NCBI GenBank assembly: GCA_020348445.1
Contig: CP070751.1
Span: forward strand, 2,744,750 to 2,808,749
Source: Thermoplasmata archaeon
GTDB taxonomy: Archaea; Thermoplasmatota; Thermoplasmata; GCA-020350865
Length of the DNA: 64,000 nucleotides
Reading direction: 5' to 3'
This document shows positions 57,804-64,000 of this stretch, one piece after another. Position 1 is the first letter of the stretch; each line of letters begins with the position of its first letter. The position numbers and the translations under genes were made by a program. The notes under the pieces were generated by a model. The model worked only from the letters and a program-made list of their open reading frames with translations, did not search any database and was not told where the DNA came from.

Positions 57804-60230
57804 ATGAACAAAAGTGGCGTCTCATTGTTGATTATTATAATGGTAATATTTCCGTTGCTGGGAAGCTCAGGCGACATCTTTGCAGATACTCCCAGATCTG
57901 AGGTTTTGGATTCGGGCCTTTTAGCAAGGCTGAATCGCGCCGGTCCAGATGATACTCTAGAGGTTATAATCCAATTCAGAAACGAGGTTTCCACCGATGA
58001 CCTCAATCTCCTTTCTGCCCTGAATTTCGATGTTGGAAGGACTTTCTCCGTAATACCTGCTGTCTATGCCATTGGTACCAAAAATTCCATTGTAAGATTG
58101 AGCCATTACAAAAGAACGTCTCATATCGAATTCAACGAGCCACTTGAGTTGCTCATGGACGAGTCCACGAGTACAATAAACGCGACAAAAGTATGGGCCT
58201 CGCAGATCATCGATTCAAGGAACAGGACAAAGATGGATTATGACGACCTGCCCTTGCATATAGACGGCACCGGAATAACAATCGTTGTTTTGGATTCAGG
58301 GGTGGATGCAGGGCATCCAGACTTGGATTATGGAGAGAAGACCCTAAGGAACCTCAAATCTGATATGGACGGCAGTTACACAGAAGCCGAGAATACCGAC
58401 ACTTCTAGCGGTCACGGCACCCACTGCGCAGGTACAATCGCTGGAAACGGTGACGCCTCTGGAGGAGCCAGAAAAGGAGTTGCACCTGCTGCCAATCTGA
58501 TAGGTATAAGCACAGGCGAGGCCGTGGCCATCCTAAATGCCCTGGGTGCACTGGAATGGGTGTACGAAAATTCCCGACCCAACGCCAACCCTTTCAACAT
58601 CAGGGGAGTTTCCAACAGCTGGGGTTCATCTGGGGAATACAACGCCGATAACTCCATAAACCAGGTGACAAGAAGAATCGTAAATGACAACAACGTGGGA
58701 GTTATCTTCGCTGCAGGAAATGCAGGTGCAGAGAACCATGACGGCAGCACAGTTACAACCAATCCTTACTCCCTGGAGCCCTCTGTAATCAGCGTAGCGG
58801 CAATGGAGAGAGACGGAAGTGGAGTCGCCAGTTTCAGTTCAAGGGGGGCAGCAAACGACAATTTCACTTGGCCTGACATCGGAGCCCCTGGTGTGCATAT
58901 CTGGGCAACTGAGGCGAGAAAGACCTTGATTTCGGCCATGAGAAAGCAGGATCCCAGTGATGCGCAGGATGGTTACTATATGAGTATAAGCGGGACCTCC
59001 ATGGCCACACCACACGTCTCGGGTCTTGTGGCTCTTTTATTTCAGGCTGCCCCAAGCCTTGCAGTATCAGAGATACCAGATGATTACCAGGGTGAAGAAA
59101 GCGAGTACTGGGGTAATCCTGACTATACCATGCATGAGGTAGAGCTGATTATGAAATTGACGGCAAATTATGTACCTCCTAGTGGGGAGGACAACGGAGT
59201 GCCTTCAAACTTCAGTATAGGTTTGAACAACCAGCCTTACGATTTTGCCCAGGGTTATGGTATAATCGATGCTGAATCCGCAGTTGCCTTGGCATTGACT
59301 TTGGAGGAATTGAGAAGGGGAGATCCAGATACCACGGTCATGGATGCTTATCTTTGGTACCACAATATAACCACTAACGGTACAACCTCTGCAGAGACCA
59401 ATGTACTTGCCACAAGCTGGTCAGGGGACTGGAGCCAGTTCACGGACCCTGAAAACCTTATGAGTTCATTTACTACAACACATCCAAGAGGTGTATATGT
59501 TCACGATAAAACCAGCAGAATAATTGTTACACTGGCATATGATCCCATTAGCACTTCGGATATGTACTCATGCACACTCACACTTGTTATCGACTATGAT
59601 GGTGACGGGAGCATTGATTGGAGGGGTGATTCAAGCTTCTCCACAGAGGGATTGAAGATAGAAGAGATAGATGTGGGTGGAGGTGGCGGGACGACAGGAC
59701 AGTACTGGGAGTTCAACGTGGAGGGTAGGGCCCTATGGTCACCCACGCCCAAGGGCTTTGGGGCTGGGGAGAATGAGTTCAACGAGGCCCTTGTAGAATA
59801 TACAGTGAGTGTACAGATGATATTTGATATGTCTGGGAATGAGACCATATTGTACGATTCTGGTGACCTTCATGCAAAAATCGCTCAGCCAGAGTTCGGT
59901 GAACCTACACCAGAGTACAGCGGTAACGGCTCAATCGAGATGAGAACATACTTTTATGACCTAACCAAGGTTTATCCAAAGGAGGCCCCGCCGCCAAAAG
60001 AGTCCGAGGAATTCGAGTTTCCATGGTGGATTTTAGCATTGGCTGTCATTTTAGCTGGTTTGCTTGGATACTATTTATGGCAGAAGAAAAAGGCACCCAA
60101 GGAAGATACTGTATCATCCACTCCTATGGAGCCCGAAACTGGACAACCTGAACCTCAACTAACAGGAGAGATCGTGGAGGCCGAGGTCGTATCCGAGCCC
60201 CTTTCGGAACCCACAACTTCTGAATCGTAA
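57804..60230 (+). CDS. Membrane-anchored subtilisin-like S8 serine peptidase
   Basis: Signal peptide, propeptide, triad VVLDSG / GHGTHCAG / GTSMATPH, FAAGN oxyanion motif, C-terminal FPWW-TM-KKK. Confidence 0.95.
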   Translation: MNKSGVSLLIIIMVIFPLLGSSGDIFADTPRSEVLDSGLLARLNRAGPDDTLEVIIQFRNEVSTDDLNLLSALNFDVGRTFSVIPAVYAIGTKNSIVRLSHYKRTSHIEFNEPLELLMDESTSTINATKVWASQIIDSRNRTKMDYDDLPLHIDGTGITIVVLDSGVDAGHPDLDYGEKTLRNLKSDMDGSYTEAENTDTSSGHGTHCAGTIAGNGDASGGARKGVAPAANLIGISTGEAVAILNALGALEWVYENSRPNANPFNIRGVSNSWGSSGEYNADNSINQVTRRIVNDNNVGVIFAAGNAGAENHDGSTVTTNPYSLEPSVISVAAMERDGSGVASFSSRGAANDNFTWPDIGAPGVHIWATEARKTLISAMRKQDPSDAQDGYYMSISGTSMATPHVSGLVALLFQAAPSLAVSEIPDDYQGEESEYWGNPDYTMHEVELIMKLTANYVPPSGEDNGVPSNFSIGLNNQPYDFAQGYGIIDAESAVALALTLEELRRGDPDTTVMDAYLWYHNITTNGTTSAETNVLATSWSGDWSQFTDPENLMSSFTTTHPRGVYVHDKTSRIIVTLAYDPISTSDMYSCTLTLVIDYDGDGSIDWRGDSSFSTEGLKIEEIDVGGGGGTTGQYWEFNVEGRALWSPTPKGFGAGENEFNEALVEYTVSVQMIFDMSGNETILYDSGDLHAKIAQPEFGEPTPEYSGNGSIEMRTYFYDLTKVYPKEAPPPKESEEFEFPWWILALAVILAGLLGYYLWQKKKAPKEDTVSSTPMEPETGQPEPQLTGEIVEAEVVSEPLSEPTTSES

Positions 60231-60455
60231 ATTATTATCGAATCGCAATCACCCTTTTTTTTGCTCGAATTCGAGGATTTGGGTTATTTTCCGAAATATC
60301 CTGCCCTAAATCTGCAGAAATGCTCATATAGAGCTTTTGAGCGCAAATCCTATTTTATCTCATTTATTAAAAGAAAATTTTATCAACCTAAATCCCCTTA
60401 CTCTTATCATCAGTGCTTCGAGGGCAAGGCGCTGGGCAAAGAATTGGTGACAACC

Positions 60456-60803
60456 ATGGAGGACATAAAGGCATTGAAGATGCTTTTAAGGCGAATAAAG
60501 GGTCTAGACTCTGTATCAGACGCCTTGCTCATGACAAAAACCGGGATGTTCGTTTTAGGCAGCATGAGAAGAAGCAGAAAACTGGAGAGATTCATGGGTA
60601 TGGTGGCTATACTTGCTGGCTCAGCTGAGGCGACTTCCTTAGAATTCGACGATCCATTAAAAGGTGTAATTGTAAGCACCAAGAATTCCAAGATCGCGGT
60701 TTTGGTTCTAACAGAAAATATTCTTCTTGTTGTGACGTTTCTCGGTAAAAAGGACGACAGGAAAATCTTTGATGAGCTGTCGAAGGTTTTTTCCCCAGAG
60801 TAG
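60456..60803 (+). CDS. Roadblock/LC7 domain protein
   Basis: L.RIKGLDSV.DALLMTKTGM.V, A.L.GSAE.....L...L.GVIV......IAV..L.ENILLVV. Start moved to ATG 60456. Confidence 0.75.
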   Translation: MEDIKALKMLLRRIKGLDSVSDALLMTKTGMFVLGSMRRSRKLERFMGMVAILAGSAEATSLEFDDPLKGVIVSTKNSKIAVLVLTENILLVVTFLGKKDDRKIFDELSKVFSPE

Positions 60804-60882
60804 GGGGGCTCACACATAATTTAAAGGTATGTGATTAATATTCTTTAATGTAGATGGTAGGTCATATCAGGGGCATAGGATC

Positions 60883-61608
60883 ATGAATCTGGGGCAACTT
60901 GACGATCTCACATACATGTTCGGGAACCTTTGGGATGAACATTTTAAAAAAAGAAAAGAATCCACCAGAATTAAGGCGGAGTTCTACCCATATACATCGC
61001 TGAAGAGCACCATCCGAAGGCGGGAAAATTTGGTGTTCATTAGAATCAGCGATATGCTGAAGGATGCTCCTTTGGAGGTGATCTGTGCTCTTGGGGTAAT
61101 CCTGTTTTGTAAATTGGAGAGAAGGCCTCCGCCTAAAAAAGAGGCCAAAATGTACAAGGACTATGCAAACTCCAAGAAAATGCAAAACCGTATAAGTAAG
61201 TTCAGGAAAATCAGGGGAAAAAAGGTATATTTGGGCCCTAAAGGGGAAGTATATGACCTCAAAGAAAGCTTTGATCGTGTGAACCGTAAATACTTCAAAG
61301 AAAAACTAAAGGCGCCGAGTCTAACATGGAGTCTCAGAAAGACGAAAACCAGATTTGGTCATCACGATGATGTGTTCAACACGATAGTTATCAGCCGAAC
61401 CTTGGACAACAAAAGATTGCCATCGTACCTGTTGGATTATGTAATGTACCATGAGATGCTCCATATGAAGCACGAAAGGAGCTACAAAAACGGAAGACGT
61501 AGCATGCACACAAAAGTATTCAAAGAAGACGAGAAAAAATTCCATAATTATAAAAAGGCAAAGGCGCTTCTTAAAGAAATATCTGGCAGATCGCATTATT
61601 TGGATTGA
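60883..61608 (+). CDS. SprT/YgjP-like zinc metallopeptidase
   Basis: FDRVNRKYF, FGHHD....IVIS..LD....P.YLLDYVMYHEMLH, HTKVFK. Confidence 0.85.
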   Translation: MNLGQLDDLTYMFGNLWDEHFKKRKESTRIKAEFYPYTSLKSTIRRRENLVFIRISDMLKDAPLEVICALGVILFCKLERRPPPKKEAKMYKDYANSKKMQNRISKFRKIRGKKVYLGPKGEVYDLKESFDRVNRKYFKEKLKAPSLTWSLRKTKTRFGHHDDVFNTIVISRTLDNKRLPSYLLDYVMYHEMLHMKHERSYKNGRRSMHTKVFKEDEKKFHNYKKAKALLKEISGRSHYLD

Positions 61609-61637
61609 TCATGATAAGGTTGTCCCCAAAGGACAGA

Positions 61638-61802
61638 TTAATCCTTTATTTTCTCGAACCATTTCTTTTTAGCCCCGCATTCAGGACATCTGAAGCTCTC
61701 ACTTATGTTTTCAAATGGTGTCCCTGGATCGATACCTTGATCTGGGAGTCCAGCCTCTGGGTCATATATCCATCCGCAAATTGTACATTTGTATTTAGTC
61801 AT
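61638..61802 (-). CDS. rub: Rubredoxin (not in ORF track)
   Basis: MTKYKCTICGWIYDPEAGLPDQGIDPGTPFENISESFRCPECGAKKKWFEKIKD; TGAGGA SD; directly downstream of tiaS. Confidence 0.95.
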   Translation of the reverse strand: MTKYKCTICGWIYDPEAGLPDQGIDPGTPFENISESFRCPECGAKKKWFEKIKD

Positions 61803-61810
61803 CTAAATCC

Positions 61811-63106
61811 TCAAGAATATCTCTTAAGAGGCTTTGAAAGATGTCTTCTTGCACAGACAGGCACCTCATAGAATCCTTTTTTCATATCTCTTTTTACTTT
61901 CTCTAATTTTACATCTTCCTCTTTTACTTTAGCTCCGCATTTTATGCATCTGTAACCTGCGCCCCTTCCTATGGACTTCATCCTTTTTTTACATTTTTTG
62001 CAAACCGGATTTCCCACTTTTTCATATACATCAATCAGTTTTTTAATTTGTATCTTTTCTATATTTATGGTCAATGGATATTCCCGCACTCCTCCATATA
62101 CTGTGATCAAATCCCCAGGCTCCAGGGAGCGAATTAAAGTGCGGAACTCCTTTGTTGGTTCGTAGGCAGCACAGTCCATGGTTCCCCTATTTTTGATTTT
62201 GAATATGACATGTCCGCCTTCAATTGTCCTGGGTTTAGAACCTACCATACCAGAGGTTACAACTGAGCTGTACTTGGAGATTTTACCAAGTGTCTTCTTA
62301 TGCAAATGCTCGTCTGTTCCCTGGTTTGTCTCAAATAAGATCCATCTGTCCTTTTTTTCTGATTTTATACTGTCCTTAGCCTTTAAAAGATCTCTTGGTT
62401 TATCTCCTCTTATACCGAATAAAACCGGGCATGGACTATTGGGTGTAATTGCCACAACCTTGTTGTGCATATCGTAGTTGTTGAAGGTCGAAGGGAACTT
62501 GCGGTCCATCTCAATTACTGAATGAGTATCAACCCTCCTTTTTGTTCCCCATCTATTTTTTTCCCTGTAAACTATGACTTCATAGGTTCTGTCCCTGGGA
62601 TGCCATGAGATTGCAGATGTGGCACCAATAAGGCCCCTTTGGTTCTTGTACCCTTTGTAGCTTGCGTTGCCCATTTTCAATATATTTTTCACATCCTTTA
62701 GATTCACAACCTCCCGAACTGCCTTCCAGTATAGACCTGGGGTTGGCTTTTTTTCCATGACCACAAATGCGGGATTCGTGTTTTTATCTGAAAACTGTGC
62801 ATGTTCTTCCATAATCCTTTCGATTCTTTTTTTTACATTTGGAATTGCAACACTTCTTCCCCTGAGATAACCAAAATAATCCTTTTCCTCTATGTTTCCA
62901 ATCAAGAACCTTTTTCCATTACCCTTTCCAAGCCTTACTGCAATGGCCCCGTTTCCCCTAGTCTTCCAAGGAATATTTGGATTCAGCCTCACCAGTCTAG
63001 GATAGCCTATGACATCATATTCTGCAAATTCTGTTATAAGTTCTGATGCCAAATACGTGGTGCACATTGCAGAAACTGAATCAGTGTCGTCTATTCCGAT
63101 ATATAT
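61811..63106 (-). CDS. tiaS: tRNA(Ile2) agmatinylcytidine synthetase, probable AUA start
   Basis: GIDDTDS..MCTTY, PRLVRLNPNIPWKTRGNGA, RGLIGA, PCPVLFGIRG, TNQGTD, OB fold, zinc ribbon, RRHLSKP. The conserved N-terminus lies upstream of the track ATG. Confidence 0.93.
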   Translation of the reverse strand: MYIGIDDTDSVSAMCTTYLASELITEFAEYDVIGYPRLVRLNPNIPWKTRGNGAIAVRLGKGNGKRFLIGNIEEKDYFGYLRGRSVAIPNVKKRIERIMEEHAQFSDKNTNPAFVVMEKKPTPGLYWKAVREVVNLKDVKNILKMGNASYKGYKNQRGLIGATSAISWHPRDRTYEVIVYREKNRWGTKRRVDTHSVIEMDRKFPSTFNNYDMHNKVVAITPNSPCPVLFGIRGDKPRDLLKAKDSIKSEKKDRWILFETNQGTDEHLHKKTLGKISKYSSVVTSGMVGSKPRTIEGGHVIFKIKNRGTMDCAAYEPTKEFRTLIRSLEPGDLITVYGGVREYPLTINIEKIQIKKLIDVYEKVGNPVCKKCKKRMKSIGRGAGYRCIKCGAKVKEEDVKLEKVKRDMKKGFYEVPVCARRHLSKPLKRYS

Positions 63107-63186
63107 GGAAAAACCTCCTCCTCTACATTTTAATTAGGTGGAACTTTTCCCCAAATCGCCTTCTTTGCCCAGTTGAAATTGATACT

Positions 63187-63387
63187 CTACTTCCATGACT
63201 CAAGGAAATTCTCAAGCGATCTGTCGTACGTTCTCTCTCCCTCAGGAGGAAACAGACATCCTGGAAGACCGCCTCTATTTTTATGATATTTTATGCACTC
63301 GCAGCACTTTCCTTTTCTTTCACAGGGCTCGTATGTGCAGCCGCAGTCAGCCTTGTTTGCCTCTATATTGCATTCCAAATTCCACAC
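63187..63387 (-). CDS. Small Cys-rich protein (DUF6485-like)
   Basis: C.CTYEPCERKGKCCECIKYH...LPGCLFP...E.TYDRS.E.F. Confidence 0.8.
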   Translation of the reverse strand: MWNLECNIEANKADCGCTYEPCERKGKCCECIKYHKNRGGLPGCLFPPEGERTYDRSLENFLESWK

Positions 63388-63454
63388 CTCCCAGCCTGTT
63401 GATTTCTTTTAAGGGTAATGGACTTTAGGATATAATTGTTATGCCGATTTTCTT

Positions 63455-64000
63455 CTAAAAAGAGTGCCTCCTGTATACGGTATAAGCATCTCCTTCCCAA
63501 AAGAAGGTCCTGAAAAACATCCTCACAACCAAATAGAAAATCATCATGGTCGTGATGCTAATTGGTGCAAGCACGTAATAAAAAGACATACCTCTCTCCT
63601 CAATTATTTGACCCACCATATATCTGTATACCACGCAATAAACGTATCCTGCCGCCAAAATACCCAAGGCTAGAATCCAAAAGAATCCAAAAAGGTAGAT
63701 TATAATCCCTAAAATCAGCGCCACCTGAAATTGAAGGTTCTTTGCCACCATGGCAGGTACCTGGCTCCTTAATTTGTTATGTCCAAAAGAAGATATTGTT
63801 ATAACCCAACGAACCATTTTATCTTTAGTCTGTGAAAAACTTGAAAAAGCCTCATTGGGATGGTTCAAATTGGCAAGTTGGCTATAGATATAATACCCAG
63901 AGTCAACCACGGCATCTGCTAAAATCAGATCATCATTGAACGCAGTGCCCCAGATTTTCGCAATTTCCAGTTCATCGAACAGATTCCTTGAAATGGCAAT
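63455..64000 (-). CDS. Membrane glycosyltransferase family 2/21, 5' partial
   Basis: Frame is open to the window end (IAISRNLFDELEIAKIWGTAFNDDL), xxxRW motif DKMVRW, C-terminal TM helices. Confidence 0.7.
   Translation of the reverse strand: MAISRNLFDELEIAKIWGTAFNDDLILADAVVDSGYYIYSQLANLNHPNEAFSSFSQTKDKMVRWVITISSFGHNKLRSQVPAMVAKNLQFQVALILGIIIYLFGFFWILALGILAAGYVYCVVYRYMVGQIIEERGMSFYYVLAPISITTMMIFYLVVRMFFRTFFWEGDAYTVYRRHSF

Noticed and set aside
60410-60817. 135-aa minus-strand ORF
   Set aside because: Antisense to the roadblock/LC7 gene and has no motif.
61605-61871. 88-aa plus-strand ORF
   Set aside because: Antisense shadow of rubredoxin and the tiaS 3' end.
1-64000. Integrase, transposase, cas, rRNA or additional tRNA genes
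   Set aside because: No matching motifs seen by eye; only one TTCGAATCC T-arm was found. An Infernal/HMM scan could still reveal divergent cases.

Overview
Archaeal chromosomal window, most likely Thermoplasmatota. The taxonomy is inferred from the thermosome, uL16/L10e, TiaS, IorAB, GGAGG/GGTGA Shine-Dalgarno motifs, a PEF-CTERM-like tail and many Ig/PKD/CARDB surface proteins; no database search was run. Housekeeping genes (ths, rpl10e, dcd, ogg, iorAB, Trm5/Taw2, tiaS, rubredoxin) are interleaved with large surface proteins, a three-gene two-component cluster, a BlaI/M48-ABC-DUF2318 divergon and two toxin-antitoxin-like modules. The strongest observations are five. (1) An intron-containing tRNA-Lys(CTT) is a hotspot at both ends: two extra 3'-end copies bracket integrase-free islets (AbiE pair, small membrane protein), and two ~82-bp palindromic units duplicate its 5' end, each carrying an antisense copy. 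(2) tiaS has no in-frame ATG/GTG/TTG before its catalytic GIDDTD motif and appears to start at AUA, the codon TiaS itself enables. (3) A ~1880-aa membrane protein has five cytoplasmic Cys5 + SAP/HeH-like repeats, zinc ribbons and TNG repeats. (4) Three TTTAC-N7-GTAAA operators link a BlaI-like repressor to an ABC/DUF2318 operon. (5) A secreted beta-helix protein ends in a clan CD (caspase/legumain-like) protease domain. Several starts were re-assigned, and three small genes absent from the ORF track were added. Functional calls rest on motif recognition by eye.
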